Origin: Alkalilimnicola ehrlichii MLHE-1
Lineage (GTDB): Bacteria; Pseudomonadota; Gammaproteobacteria; Nitrococcales; Halorhodospiraceae
Reading direction: 5' to 3'
Assembly (NCBI RefSeq): GCF_000014785.1
Contig: NC_008340.1
Span: 3,180,001 to 3,212,000 of the forward strand
DNA length: 32,000 nucleotides
The position numbers and the translations under genes are program-made. The notes below the pieces were generated by a model. The model saw only the letters and a list, made by a program, of their open reading frames with translations. It was not told where the DNA came from and searched no databases. Positions within the stretch are counted from its first letter, which is position 1; every line of letters begins with the position of its first letter. Of this stretch, positions 1-10,010 are shown piece by piece.

Positions 1-2
1 CC

Positions 3-632
3 GAGGCCCACCGCATCGCCTACTACGGTGCGTTGGCGGAGGCCGCCGGGTTCGAGGGGCCCTGGGGCAGACCGGAGGTCGTGGCCACGGCGGAGGATCT
101 GCACCGGTTCGAACAACTGCGCCTGCCCGACCTCGCACAGATCGTCTGCCTCCACGTGGCCGGCGGCAAATCGTACAAACACTGGCCGGTGGAGCGCTAT
201 GCCGCGCTCAGCGACTGGCTGAGCGACCAGGGGCTGAGCCCGGCGCTGGTGGGGGCCGCGCCGGATCGCGCGGCGGCCGACCGGATGCTGGCACACTGCA
301 CCCGGCCACCGTTGGATCTGGTTGCGCGGCTGGAACTGGGCCCACTGATTGCGCTCTTCCAGCGTTGCGGGCTGTTCGTGGGCAACGACAGCGGCCCCAT
401 GCATCTGGCCGCCGCAGCCGGGGCCCCGATCGTAGCCCTCTTCGGCCCCACGGACCCTCGCCGGTGGGGGCCCCTCTCGGAGCGGGCGGTGATTGTCCGC
501 GGCACCGAGCCTGTGCCCCCGGGCGAGGGCAAGAAATCCTTTGCCGATGGCCGGCGCATGGACAGCATCACTGTCGAGCAAGTACGCTCCGCGGTCGTTG
601 AACAGTTGACGCTCGCACCTGGAGGCCGGTGA
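3..632 (+). CDS. Glycosyltransferase family 9 (heptosyltransferase-like), C-terminal part; 5' end lies outside the window
   Basis: The reading frame is open from base 3 (EAHRIAYYGALAEAAGF...), upstream of the listed ORF start. It contains the GT9 signature FVGNDSGPMHLAAAAGAPIVALFGPTDPRRWGP. Confidence 0.9.
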   Translation, partial: EAHRIAYYGALAEAAGFEGPWGRPEVVATAEDLHRFEQLRLPDLAQIVCLHVAGGKSYKHWPVERYAALSDWLSDQGLSPALVGAAPDRAAADRMLAHCTRPPLDLVARLELGPLIALFQRCGLFVGNDSGPMHLAAAAGAPIVALFGPTDPRRWGPLSERAVIVRGTEPVPPGEGKKSFADGRRMDSITVEQVRSAVVEQLTLAPGGR

Positions 633-1813
633 ACGTAACCATGAATGACCTGCCACTAGCAGGCCGCCGTATCGGTTTTCTTCTCGAGCACCCCGTGACC
701 GTGGGCGCGGACGTCCAGGAACAGATGGCGGCCTGCCGGCGGCTGGGTGCCCATGTCACCGCCTGCTTTTTGTCCGGGACACCCTCCGAGTTCCCCGGCC
801 ACGGCTCAAGCGCTGATGACTTGACGGGCCTGAATCTGCCCGTGGAGGCGATCTCTGGCCATCGTATCGGCGCAGCGCGACGACTGCGCCATCTGCTCAG
901 GAAACGGCCGCTCGACACCCTCGTTTGCGATCAGTACAAGGCCATCAGCACCGCAGCATTGGCCACGTTCTTCCCACACGCCGAGGCACCCGCCATTGTT
1001 GCTCTCCTTCGCGGCTATCACGCGGTGTCCTCACCCAGCCGGCGGCGGTTCTACCGGCTGTTCGGGCGGCACATCCGCGCTTTTATCACGCTCAGCGCAG
1101 CGCAACAGCAACAAATCCGGAACCTGCTGACCTGGTTCCCCCCGGATCGCATCCACGTCGTCCCGGTCCACCTCGACCTGGACCGGCTGGCCGGTGCCAT
1201 GTTGCCGGCGAACGAGGCCCGCCGACAACTGTGCCTGCCCGGGTCGGCCGTGCTATTCGGCTGCATTTCGCGCCTGCACCCCAGTAAGCGGGTCATGGAC
1301 CTCGTTGAGGCCACCAGGCTATTGCGGGAACGAGGCGTGGAATTCCACTTGGTCATTATCGGTGGCGGTAAGCAGGAGGATGCGCTGAGAAAACGCATCG
1401 CGGAAGCCGACCTTGACGGCACCGTCCGGCTGACCGGGCGCCTGGAGTCGGCGCACCGCTATATGCCCGCCTTTGATGCCTTCATCCTGCCCTCCCCCTG
1501 CGAATCCTTCGGACGGGTGTTCCTGGAGGCCCACGCCGCCAAGACCCCCATTATCGCGGCCGATGGTGCTGCCGCTCCCGAGGTGGCCGGTCCCGCCGCG
1601 CTCCTCTTTCAGCCCACGAATGCGGCAGACCTCGCCGACAGGATGCTCGAATTCATGGCGCAAGGGCCTGAGGAGCAACTGAACGCAGGACAGATTGGGG
1701 AGGAGTACGCCAGGCGGCATTTCAGCCAGGAAGCTCTGGACCGGCATTTGCAAAAGGCCCTGGAAAAAAAAGGATTACTGGCGGAATCCCGAGACCCTGG
1801 CGCTCATCGGTGA
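629..1813 (+). CDS. Glycosyltransferase family 4 (GT-B) protein
   Basis: 394 aa ORF with C-terminal GT4 features (LFGCISRLHPSKRVMDLVEA, PAFDAFILPSPCESFGRVFLEAHAAKTPIIAADGAAAPEV). It overlaps the upstream stop (GTGA); an ATG at 641 is an alternative start. Confidence 0.88.
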   Translation: MNVTMNDLPLAGRRIGFLLEHPVTVGADVQEQMAACRRLGAHVTACFLSGTPSEFPGHGSSADDLTGLNLPVEAISGHRIGAARRLRHLLRKRPLDTLVCDQYKAISTAALATFFPHAEAPAIVALLRGYHAVSSPSRRRFYRLFGRHIRAFITLSAAQQQQIRNLLTWFPPDRIHVVPVHLDLDRLAGAMLPANEARRQLCLPGSAVLFGCISRLHPSKRVMDLVEATRLLRERGVEFHLVIIGGGKQEDALRKRIAEADLDGTVRLTGRLESAHRYMPAFDAFILPSPCESFGRVFLEAHAAKTPIIAADGAAAPEVAGPAALLFQPTNAADLADRMLEFMAQGPEEQLNAGQIGEEYARRHFSQEALDRHLQKALEKKGLLAESRDPGAHR

Positions 1814-1815
1814 AT

Positions 1816-2901
1816 TCAGGGACGTTCCGGTATCAGGGCGATGAGCCGGTCCACCGCCTCGGGCGTGCCATTGGCGTAAGCCCGTTCCGCCCCATTGGCC
1901 AAGATCCGGGCTTGGCGGTCGGGGTCGGCATGCAGTGCCTCCACGGCACTCGCGATGCCCTCGTCGTCCGCGTCCGCCGGCACGATCCGGCCTTGCGCCG
2001 CCAGGTTTTCGATGCGCTGGGGCTGGTCGTTGCCGCCAGCGGCCACCCCCACACAGGGCACCCGGGCCGACAACACCTGCTGAATCATGCTGCCCCCGCC
2101 ACTCACCGCCAACCGGGCACGGGCCACCAGGGCCACGAACACCTCCGAGGGCACCGACCGCAATTCCAACCGACCCGGCTGATCACTCAGGCGGTGAGAA
2201 CTGAGGGGCCCGGCCACAAACACGACAGGCACTCCGGTCCGGGCGTGGAACAGACGCGCCGCCCGCTGGAAGATCTCGCTGGACGGTCGTCCGCCCACGG
2301 AGGTCCCGCCACCGCCGGAACAAAAAAAGACATACCCGTCCGCCCCGGGCGCCAGGCGCCGGAGCAGGGTATCCGCGGCCTGCTGGTCGGGCAGCGGCAT
2401 CAGGGCTGAGAAGAACCGGATCGCCGTGCGGCTCCCCGCCGCCATGAGCCGGCAACGCTCACCGAACGTCAGGCGCAGGTCTCCGGGATCGCCCACCAGC
2501 CAGTGTTCATCCAGCAAACGCAAGTGCTTGCGGGCAAAACCCAGCCGGCGCGTGCGCGGGCGCCAGCTGACATAGACGGTGCGGGCGCCCACAGACCGCG
2601 CCGCCCTAAGCATCCAAGGCCTCAGGGTGCTGTCGAACACCACGACCTGCGGCCGCAACTGCTGGATAAGGTTGCTGAGCCGGTTCGGATTCCGCTTGGG
2701 CGTCCCCTCGAGCTCATGGACGCGGATAAAGGCGGGGCGCTCCACCCGGGCGCTCCGGTTGACCACGAACTGCAGCGACCAATCCGGGCACCGTTGCGAC
2801 AGGCCCTTCGCAAGGGTCAACAGCCGGTAATACTCACCGGAGCCCTCGCGCCCACTGATCGGCACGAACAGGACGACCGGACTCGCTACTTCCTCAACCA
2901 T
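1816..2901 (-). CDS. MurG/GT28-like glycosyltransferase of the LPS or surface glycan locus
   Basis: 361 aa ORF with glycine-rich loops of a GT-B fold (VFFCSGGGGTSVGG; GGGSMIQQVLSARVPCVGVAAGGNDQPQRIENLAAQG). It is convergent with the upstream GT4 gene, 2 bp apart. Confidence 0.7.
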   Translation of the reverse strand: MVEEVASPVVLFVPISGREGSGEYYRLLTLAKGLSQRCPDWSLQFVVNRSARVERPAFIRVHELEGTPKRNPNRLSNLIQQLRPQVVVFDSTLRPWMLRAARSVGARTVYVSWRPRTRRLGFARKHLRLLDEHWLVGDPGDLRLTFGERCRLMAAGSRTAIRFFSALMPLPDQQAADTLLRRLAPGADGYVFFCSGGGGTSVGGRPSSEIFQRAARLFHARTGVPVVFVAGPLSSHRLSDQPGRLELRSVPSEVFVALVARARLAVSGGGSMIQQVLSARVPCVGVAAGGNDQPQRIENLAAQGRIVPADADDEGIASAVEALHADPDRQARILANGAERAYANGTPEAVDRLIALIPERP

Positions 2902-2913
2902 GACACCTCGAAT

Positions 2914-4206
2914 TCATCCAGAGCGGGATCGACTCACCCTGGCACCCGGGCCTTCCGTCTGCCCCCTTTGCCGCTGCAGAAGTTCCCGACCGGCGAGCGC
3001 ACCCATGGGCAACCACAAGGCCACCCAGATATGCGGATGGATACGGGTAATGATCTGGTGGCCATCGACGCCCAGCGGCACCAGGCCCGCCACCAGCAGG
3101 GCAACAGCCAGGATGGCACCAGGCGAGCGGTCATCGCGGTCCCAGTACGCGATCCGGAGCGCCAACCCATACAGGGCCACCAGCAGGGCACCCCCCAGTA
3201 CTCCACCCGCCATTAGGGTCATCAACCACAGATTGTGCGGGCTGATATGGATTCGGTCACCATAGGTGATGGAGGTGTCACTGGCCAGGCCCGCCCCGAA
3301 CCAGGGCGCCTCGGCGATGCGCGCCAGGGCGACCTGCCAGATCCCGATACGTTGGGCATCCGCGCGTTCGATCAACCCGCGCCCTCCCCATTCCACCGTC
3401 TCGACCGCCACCAGAGCGGCCGAGGCGACCACCAGGAAAAGCGCCAGGGTTTTCCAGTAACGGAGGCGCAAGAGCAGGAAGACTGACACCAACGCGGCCC
3501 CCAGAATCAGCCCGCGGCTCTGGGCCAACAGCAGGAACGCCCCGGCACACATCAGAGGCACCGCGGCGACAACCCGCCAGCGGGGTGATCGGTCCGACAA
3601 CACAAAGCACAGGGCGAAGGTGAACGCCAGCAGGAATCCAACCGCGTCCGGGTTCGGATTGGTGTGGTAATAGACGAGGTTCGACAGCCGCGCAGCGGGA
3701 AACGGATGCGCCTGATAATAATGGTAAACAGAGTAGAAAAAGACGATGCAGGCAGCCAGGCCTAAAAACCAGAAAAGGCGCTCCGCCCATTGCTCATCGC
3801 GGGCCACCATGTAAGCCGTGGCCAGGACCGCTGCGAAAATAATGAGCCCGTAGCGCAACTTGCTACCAAAGAGCGCCCACGACGCATCCGGACTCCAGCT
3901 CACCGATAACAACAGATAGCCCAGGAACAACCCCAGACACTGGATAACCCGGCTGCTGAGCAGCCACTGAAACTGCTGCCGGCCCAGGACCATAAGGAAG
4001 GGCAGAAAGACGAGAAAATACAGGCTGTCCCGGTGCACCCGGGTGCTCCAGGCAAAAATAAACCCTGCCCAGAACAGAGCGAGCCCCCAGGAGACCCAAT
4101 GGGTCTCCTTCGCAAGCCGGCGCCACCGCTGACCGTCAAAGAAAACCTGGAGGCGATGGACGGGCAGGCTCAGAACCGCCATCAGACCTGATCGCTGCGG
4201 GCACAC
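2914..4206 (-). CDS. O-antigen ligase/polymerase-like multi-pass membrane protein
   Basis: 430 aa hydrophobic ORF with a Wzy_C/WaaL-like central segment (ERADAQRIGIWQVALARIAEAPWFGAGLASDTSITYGDRIHISPHNLWLMTLMAGG). Confidence 0.8.
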   Translation of the reverse strand: MCPQRSGLMAVLSLPVHRLQVFFDGQRWRRLAKETHWVSWGLALFWAGFIFAWSTRVHRDSLYFLVFLPFLMVLGRQQFQWLLSSRVIQCLGLFLGYLLLSVSWSPDASWALFGSKLRYGLIIFAAVLATAYMVARDEQWAERLFWFLGLAACIVFFYSVYHYYQAHPFPAARLSNLVYYHTNPNPDAVGFLLAFTFALCFVLSDRSPRWRVVAAVPLMCAGAFLLLAQSRGLILGAALVSVFLLLRLRYWKTLALFLVVASAALVAVETVEWGGRGLIERADAQRIGIWQVALARIAEAPWFGAGLASDTSITYGDRIHISPHNLWLMTLMAGGVLGGALLVALYGLALRIAYWDRDDRSPGAILAVALLVAGLVPLGVDGHQIITRIHPHIWVALWLPMGALAGRELLQRQRGQTEGPGARVSRSRSG

Positions 4207-4227
4207 ACGGATGCAGGCCGGTCCGCG

Positions 4228-5052
4228 TCAGCTATCCAGCGTGGCGTCATCTCGTAACGCCTTCACCCAGGGCTTACTGAACAGGTCATGCACCCTGCGC
4301 TCCGCCTTGTCCTCATGCTTGGAACCCGTCCTCGGCCGCCGCGCCGCCACCGCCGCGGTACCATGAGCGATGTGCACCACGTTGCGGTACATCTCGGGCA
4401 CCGGGATCATGCGCACATTCAGGCCCGCGTCCCAGATCTGCTTTGCCGTGGAATAGCCGCCCCCCTGACCGTGGATGGCCCGAAAGGTGATGTCGTGGTC
4501 CAGGATCAGCCGGCGGCGAAACATGGCGCAGTAGTCGCGGGGGTAATCCCCCTGGCGCCAGCGGTAGACCTTCTTGCTGCCGAACAGGGACTTGATGCGG
4601 GTGCGGATGACATGGCCCACCTTCTTCTGGAAGGTGTAGAGCGGATGCTCCAGGTTCAGCTTCCAGGCCCCCACCCCGGCCGTACGCTCATCGCCCTTGT
4701 CGAACTCCCGGAAGAAGGGATCGAGCCAACGGTCGCTCTTCACGAAGACGTCCGAGTGCATGACCATGAAGTAATCGCCCGTCGCCTCGCGGATACCCAG
4801 ATCCCAGGATGTAAAAACATTGTCCGGGAAGTTGTGGAAGCCCTCCTCCGGACGCTCGATCAGGCGGATCCAGGGCAGCGAGCGCAGCCAGTCCAGGCTG
4901 TCGTCCTTGGAGCCGTTGTCGACGACGATGACCTCGAGATTGTAGCCCTGCGAGTGCTTGCGGATGGAGCGCAGGCAGATCTGCATCAGCTCTTTGACTT
5001 CCCAGTGAGGGATACAGAGGGTCACCTTGCGGTCGGCGTAGGGTTGTGTCAT
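4228..5052 (-). CDS. Glycosyltransferase family 2
   Basis: ORF beginning MTQPYADRKVTLCIPHWEVKELMQICLRSIRKHSQGYNLEVIVVDNGSKDDSLDWL, with GT-A nucleotide-binding features. The listed ORF extends to 5091; the internal ATG at 5052 is the more probable start. Confidence 0.85.
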   Translation of the reverse strand: MTQPYADRKVTLCIPHWEVKELMQICLRSIRKHSQGYNLEVIVVDNGSKDDSLDWLRSLPWIRLIERPEEGFHNFPDNVFTSWDLGIREATGDYFMVMHSDVFVKSDRWLDPFFREFDKGDERTAGVGAWKLNLEHPLYTFQKKVGHVIRTRIKSLFGSKKVYRWRQGDYPRDYCAMFRRRLILDHDITFRAIHGQGGGYSTAKQIWDAGLNVRMIPVPEMYRNVVHIAHGTAAVAARRPRTGSKHEDKAERRVHDLFSKPWVKALRDDATLDS

Positions 5053-5087
5053 CGGTGGTCTCGATCTCGCTCCGGTTCTGCAGGCTG

Positions 5088-6041
5088 TCAACGCGACAGC
5101 AGTTGGTCGAAATACTCGATGGTCCGGCGCAGGCCCTCATCCAGCGCCGTTACCGGGGCCCAGTCGAGTTCGGCACGGGCGCGGCTGATGTCCGGGCAGC
5201 GCTGGCGCGGATCGTCCTGGGGCAGTGGCCGGAAGACCAGCCGGGACTTTGAGCCCGTGAGCTCAATCACCCGCTCGGCCAGCGCCCGGATGGTGAACTC
5301 CACCGGATTGCCCAGATTGATGGGACCGGTCACCTCGGGTGGGGTGGCCATGAGCCGGGCCAGGCCGTCCACCAGGTCGTCCACGTAACAGAATGAGCGG
5401 CTTTGCCGACCTTCTCCGTAGACGGTGATCGGTTCGCCGCTCAGGGCCTGCACGATGAAATTGGAGACCACCCGGCCGTCATGCGGGTGCATACGCGGCC
5501 CGTAGGTATTGAAGATCCGGGCCACCTTGATCTCCAGCGCATGCTGTTTGTAGTAGTCGAAAAACAGCGTCTCTGCACAGCGCTTGCCTTCATCGTAGCA
5601 GGAACGCGGCCCGATCGGATTAACGCTGCCGACGTAGGACTCCGGCTGCGGGTGCACGCTGGGGTCGCCATACACCTCGCTGGTGGAGGCCTGCAGGATC
5701 CGCGCCTTGAGCCGTTTGGCCAGGCCCAACATATTGATGGCGCCATGGACGCTGGTCTTGGTGGTCTGCACCGGATCGTGCTGATAGTGCACCGGTGAGG
5801 CCGGACAGGCGAGGTTGTAGATCTCCTCCACCTCCAGATAGAGAGGGAAGGTGATATCGTGCCGGATCGCCTCGAACTCCGGGTAATCCCGCAGGTGGGC
5901 GATGGACTGCTTGGTGCCGGTGAAAAAGTTGTCGACACACAGTACCTCATGCCCCTCCGCGAGCAACCGCTCGCACAGATGCGAACCGATAAAGCCAGCG
6001 CCCCCTGTGACCAATACCCGCTTGCGCAATGGGTCTCTCAT
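5088..6041 (-). CDS. NAD-dependent epimerase/dehydratase, UDP-glucuronate decarboxylase-like
   Basis: [42 protein letters not shown] carries the Rossmann GxxGxxG; [13 protein letters not shown], the STSEVYGDP segment and YDEGKRCAE are characteristic of the UXS family. The ORF extends to 6347; ATG at 6041 is chosen as the start. Confidence 0.88.
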   Translation of the reverse strand: MRDPLRKRVLVTGGAGFIGSHLCERLLAEGHEVLCVDNFFTGTKQSIAHLRDYPEFEAIRHDITFPLYLEVEEIYNLACPASPVHYQHDPVQTTKTSVHGAINMLGLAKRLKARILQASTSEVYGDPSVHPQPESYVGSVNPIGPRSCYDEGKRCAETLFFDYYKQHALEIKVARIFNTYGPRMHPHDGRVVSNFIVQALSGEPITVYGEGRQSRSFCYVDDLVDGLARLMATPPEVTGPINLGNPVEFTIRALAERVIELTGSKSRLVFRPLPQDDPRQRCPDISRARAELDWAPVTALDEGLRRTIEYFDQLLSR

Positions 6042-6270
6042 GCGCCGCCCTCCCTCCAATCGATACCGGCGATCGTGCGCCCCGCCCGGGGTCTGCAAAG
6101 GGACCGGCGCCTTGGGCTGACGGACAACGCGATCCCGCGCGGATGTTATCATGGCGCGCGCGGCGGACGCCGCGCGACGCCGGCGGACTGCGGCAGGTCT
6201 CACACAACCGCCACCGACAAGGATCACCCATGCACTCAGGCACCACTCCCAAGCGCGGGGCCGCGCGGTC

Positions 6271-8040
6271 ATGAGCAAAGGGCACAGCGACCATCCCAGC
6301 GCCGGCGAGTCCTGGCACCTGTATAAGCGCATTTTCGGCTTTATCAAGCCCTACTGGCGGCTGGGCGTGCTGGCCATCGTCTGTATGGTGCTGGCGGCGG
6401 CCGGTCAGGCGGCCTTTGCCTGGATCATCCAGCCGCTGGTGGACGGCACCTTCATCGAGCAGGACCCAGGCGCCCGGCTCTGGGTACCGGCGACCCTGGT
6501 CGGCATCTTCCTCTTCCACGGCGTCACCACCTTCGCCTCCGACTATACCGTGGCCTGGGTCGGCCGGCGGGTGGTCAAGGACGTGCGCCAGGCGGTCTTC
6601 GAGCAGTACCTTCGGCTGCCCACCAGCTATTTCGACAAGAACTCCCCCGGCACCCTGCTGGCCAAACTGACCTATAACGTCAATCAGATCAGTGCGGCGG
6701 CCTCCAAGGCGGTGGTCGTACTGGTGCGCGACACCTTCACGGTGATCTTCCTGCTGGCCTATATGACCTACCTCAGCGGCTGGCTGGTGATGATCGTCTT
6801 CGGTTTGGGCCCGCTGGTGGCCGTGGTGGTGACCGCAGCCAACAAGCGCTTCCGCAAGCTGAGCCGGCGCATGCAGGCCTCGGTGGGGGAGTACGCCCAG
6901 ATCGCCGAGGACGGGATCCGCGGACAGGCTGAGGTCAAGATCTTCGGTGGCCAGCGTTACGAGGCGGAGCGCTTCGACCGGACCAACACCCGCCACCACC
7001 GGCAGCTCATGCGCTACAAGGCGGTGCAGGCGGCCAGCCAGCCGCTGGCGCAACTGGGCGCAGTGATCGCCCTGGCCATTATCCTCTACCTGGCGACCAT
7101 GGACGTGATCCTGGAGACCATCAGCCCCGGGGGCATGATCTCGTTCATCGCCGCCATGCTGCTGATGCTGCCGCCGCTGAAACGGGTGATCGGGGTGAAC
7201 GCCGAGATCCAGAAAGCGTTGGCCGCCGGGGAGAGCGTCTTCGAGGTGCTGGACGCCCCGCCGGAACCCGACCACGGGCAGCGCCCGCTGGAGCGGGCCC
7301 GGGGCCTGATCGAGTTCGACCGGGTGGCCTTCCGCTACCCGGAATCCGAGGACTGGGTGCTTCGGGACATCAACCTGTCCATCCAGCCCGGCGAGACGGT
7401 GGCCCTGGTGGGCCGCTCGGGCAGCGGTAAGACCACCCTGGCCAGCCTGCTGCCGCGCTTTTACGACCCGCAGCGGGGCGAGATCCGACTGGACGGCCAC
7501 CCGCTGGCGGAATACCGGCTGCAGGCGCTGCGCTCGCAGATGTCTCTGGTCAACCAGCAGGTGGTGCTGTTCAACGACTCCCTGGCCAACAACATCGCCT
7601 ACGGCCTGAGCGAGCGGCCGACAGCGGCGCAACTGCAGGCCGCGGCCCGTGCCGCCAATGCCCTGGAGTTCATCGAGGAGCTGCCGGAGGGCTTCGACAC
7701 CGTCATTGGCGAGAACGGCGTCATGCTCTCCGGGGGGCAGCGCCAGCGCATCGCCATCGCCCGGGCCCTGCTCAAGGATGCGCCCATTCTGATCCTCGAC
7801 GAGGCGACCTCCGCCCTGGACTCGGAATCGGAAAAGCGCATCCAGGAGGCGCTGGAGAAACTGATGCGCGGCCGGACCACCCTGGTCATCGCCCACCGGC
7901 TGTCCACCATCGAGGACGCCGACCGAATCGTGGTGCTCGATGCCGGCCGGGTGGTGGAGACCGGGACCCACCGGGAGCTGCTGGACCACAACGGGCACTA
8001 CGCCTCGTTGCACCGTGTCCAGTTCAACGGTCCGTCCTGA
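6271..8040 (+). CDS. msbA: Lipid A export ABC transporter, ATP-binding/permease protein MsbA
   Basis: Transmembrane domain plus ABC domain: Walker [14 protein letters not shown] signature [15 protein letters not shown], Walker [13 protein letters not shown]. The start ATG is at 6271 ([12 protein letters not shown]). LPS gene context. Confidence 0.93.
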   Translation: MSKGHSDHPSAGESWHLYKRIFGFIKPYWRLGVLAIVCMVLAAAGQAAFAWIIQPLVDGTFIEQDPGARLWVPATLVGIFLFHGVTTFASDYTVAWVGRRVVKDVRQAVFEQYLRLPTSYFDKNSPGTLLAKLTYNVNQISAAASKAVVVLVRDTFTVIFLLAYMTYLSGWLVMIVFGLGPLVAVVVTAANKRFRKLSRRMQASVGEYAQIAEDGIRGQAEVKIFGGQRYEAERFDRTNTRHHRQLMRYKAVQAASQPLAQLGAVIALAIILYLATMDVILETISPGGMISFIAAMLLMLPPLKRVIGVNAEIQKALAAGESVFEVLDAPPEPDHGQRPLERARGLIEFDRVAFRYPESEDWVLRDINLSIQPGETVALVGRSGSGKTTLASLLPRFYDPQRGEIRLDGHPLAEYRLQALRSQMSLVNQQVVLFNDSLANNIAYGLSERPTAAQLQAAARAANALEFIEELPEGFDTVIGENGVMLSGGQRQRIAIARALLKDAPILILDEATSALDSESEKRIQEALEKLMRGRTTLVIAHRLSTIEDADRIVVLDAGRVVETGTHRELLDHNGHYASLHRVQFNGPS

Positions 8041-8041
8041 G

Positions 8042-8055
8042 GGGCGGATCCGCCC
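8042..8055. terminator. Short perfect palindrome between convergent genes; possible weak bidirectional terminator
   Basis: GGGCGGATCCGCCC immediately after the msbA stop (8040) and before the convergent stop at 8070. It is followed by only two T residues. Confidence 0.25.
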
Positions 8056-8069
8056 TTCACACCGGTCGG

Positions 8070-8912
8070 CTACGGGCGCCAGTCCCGCGGCAGGGTCTGC
8101 TCAATGGCCGCCGCAGTGATGAACAGCCGTCGCAGGTCCTTACTGGTGTGGCGGAACAGGCGCCCGGGCCGGCGCTCGATGGCGCGCAGGGTCGCCTGGG
8201 CCCGCACCAGGCACGCCACCATACGCTCATCGGGTGCATGGCCGGCGAGGTAGGCCTCCAGGGCATGCCGGCAAAGTCCGGTGGTCTCCCCTGCGCTCAG
8301 CTGTCGGAAGGCCGTGATCGAGTGGATAAGCAGGTAGAGATCGATCACTTGGCGGGCGGCCAATGGCATGACCTCGTCCAGCGGCTCTTCGAAGTCGATC
8401 CGGACCAGCCGCTCCCCCTCCCCGGCCAGCAGGTAATTCCGCAACTGTGCCCCACCGTGCCAGTGACCGGCACCATGAAAGCGACCCAGGTCCCCGGCGA
8501 CCCGGGCGATTACCGGTCGAAGCGCGTCAAGGCCCGCATGGCGGATGCGCCGCCACAAGGGCGCGCCCCCGTCTTCCAACACCAGGAAACCCTCGCCGAC
8601 CTGCGCTACCGCCGGTACCACCTCCCCCGCCCGGTGCAGGCGCTGAAGACGGCCGGCCTCGTAGTGGAGCTGGCGATCACCACCGATCCGCAGGGGCGTC
8701 CGCGGCAGCCAGTAACCGAGCAGGATTCGTCCCAGCAGTGCACCGCCCCAGGCCCGAGCGCGCCCGCGACCTGGGACTGCCTGTTTGACCACCCAGCGAC
8801 GCCCGCCCTGCTGGACAGAAAAGACCCGCCCCCGCGCCCTCCTCGCCGCCGCCCGGAGGTGGTCAAGGGTGGGTACGGCTTCGAAAGTGGGGGCGATTCC
8901 TGACATCGGCAT
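8070..8912 (-). CDS. Lipopolysaccharide kinase InaA/WaaP-like family protein
   Basis: 280 aa ORF with kinase-like segments (RRWVVKQAVPGRGRARAW; LGRFHGAGHWHGGAQLRNYLLAGEGERLVRIDFEEP), resembling the HRD/DFG-equivalent loops of bacterial LPS kinases. Confidence 0.7.
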   Translation of the reverse strand: MPMSGIAPTFEAVPTLDHLRAAARRARGRVFSVQQGGRRWVVKQAVPGRGRARAWGGALLGRILLGYWLPRTPLRIGGDRQLHYEAGRLQRLHRAGEVVPAVAQVGEGFLVLEDGGAPLWRRIRHAGLDALRPVIARVAGDLGRFHGAGHWHGGAQLRNYLLAGEGERLVRIDFEEPLDEVMPLAARQVIDLYLLIHSITAFRQLSAGETTGLCRHALEAYLAGHAPDERMVACLVRAQATLRAIERRPGRLFRHTSKDLRRLFITAAAIEQTLPRDWRP

Positions 8913-8915
8913 AAC

Positions 8916-8976
8916 GGGGCTGTGACCGTATTATGAACGTCCGAGTCTATCTCATGCGGCCCACCGTCACAGCCCC
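8916..8976. repeat. 11-bp perfect inverted repeat with 39-nt spacer in a divergent intergenic region
   Basis: GGGGCTGTGAC (8916-8926) and GTCACAGCCCC (8966-8976), read directly. Confidence 0.85.
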
Positions 8977-8990
8977 TGATGCGCCGCCGC

Positions 8991-8999
8991 TGGTATACT
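8991..8999 (+). promoter_or_regulatory. Candidate extended -10 promoter upstream of the lpxL-like gene
   Basis: TGGTATACT (extended -10, TATACT at 8994-8999), 29 nt before the ATG at 9029. The repeat arm at 8966-8976 overlaps the -35 position. Confidence 0.5.
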
Positions 9000-9028
9000 T
9001 GCGCGCCTGAACCGCAATCCCCGTTGGC

Positions 9029-10003
9029 ATGGCAAAACAACGCAACGACAATCCGGCCCATCCCGGCAACTGGGGCCACGCCCTGGGCCTGGCACTGCTC
9101 TGGCTGATCGGCCGTATGCCGCCCCGACTGGCCCTGGGGCTGGGCGCCGGGCTCGGCGCCCTGGGCTATCGCCTGGCCCGGGCACGGAGGCTGATCGTCC
9201 GCCGCAACCTGGAGCTCTGCTTTCCGGAGCAGGACCCGGCGCCCCGAGAGGCGCTGGTGCGGGCCAATTTCCGCTACACCGGGCGCGGCCTGGCGGAGTT
9301 GGCCCTGTCCTGGTTCGGCGGCCCCCGGGTGGACCGGCTACCACTGGCCGTGGAGGGCCTGGAGCACCTGCGCGCGGCGCAGGCTGATGGCTCGCCGGTG
9401 ATCCTCCTCTCGGGCCACTTCACCACCGTGGAGATCTGCGGCCGACTCCTGCGCCGGCACTCGGAGATGGCGGTGATCTACAAACCCATGGACAAGCGCC
9501 CGCTGGCGGACCGCACCATGCGTGAGGGCAGAGAGCGGGCCATCGGCCCCGCGCTCTCTAAGGACGACCTGCGCGGCATCGTGCGCACCCTGCGCAAAGG
9601 GCTACCCGTCTGGTACGCCGGCGACCAGAACTACCGCAGCCGCCAGAATGTCTTCGCGCCCTTTTTCGGCATTCCCGCCGCCACCGTCACCGGGCTCTCC
9701 CGGCTGGCGCGGTTGAGCAAGGCGCGGGTGGTGCCGGTCTTCTACCACGCCCGCGAGGACGGCCCCGGCTACCGGGTGGTCTTCAAGCCGGCGCTGGAAG
9801 GGTTCCCGTCGGGGGATGACCAGGCCGATGCGGAGCGGATGAACCGCATCATCGAGGAGGCGGTGCGCGCCCACCCGGCACAGTACTTCTGGGCCCACCG
9901 CCGCTTCAAGAGCCAGCCCGATGGCGACGTGGACATGTACCCGGGCGTCAAAGACCACCGCCGCGAGCGACGCCGCCGTCGCGCCCGCCAGCAGCAACAG
10001 TGA
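9029..10003 (+). CDS. Lipid A biosynthesis lauroyl/myristoyl acyltransferase (LpxL/LpxM/HtrB family)
   Basis: 324 aa ORF with the HxxxxE acyltransferase motif (LLSGHFTTVEICGRLLRRH), plus VWYAGDQNYRSRQNVFAPFFGIPAATVTG and AHPAQYFWAHRRFK, typical of HtrB proteins. Confidence 0.92.
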   Translation: MAKQRNDNPAHPGNWGHALGLALLWLIGRMPPRLALGLGAGLGALGYRLARARRLIVRRNLELCFPEQDPAPREALVRANFRYTGRGLAELALSWFGGPRVDRLPLAVEGLEHLRAAQADGSPVILLSGHFTTVEICGRLLRRHSEMAVIYKPMDKRPLADRTMREGRERAIGPALSKDDLRGIVRTLRKGLPVWYAGDQNYRSRQNVFAPFFGIPAATVTGLSRLARLSKARVVPVFYHAREDGPGYRVVFKPALEGFPSGDDQADAERMNRIIEEAVRAHPAQYFWAHRRFKSQPDGDVDMYPGVKDHRRERRRRRARQQQQ

Positions 10004-10010
10004 ACCCGCC

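Noticed and set aside
6112-6152. Possible promoter upstream of msbA (TTGGGC ... TATCAT)
   Set aside because: The TATCAT is plausible as a -10, but no -35 at suitable spacing was found, so it was not listed.
5947-8013. 688-aa ORF antisense to msbA
   Set aside because: It lies opposite a clearly functional ABC transporter frame; the low-complexity Q/G/H/V-rich protein is typical of GC-rich antisense shadow frames.
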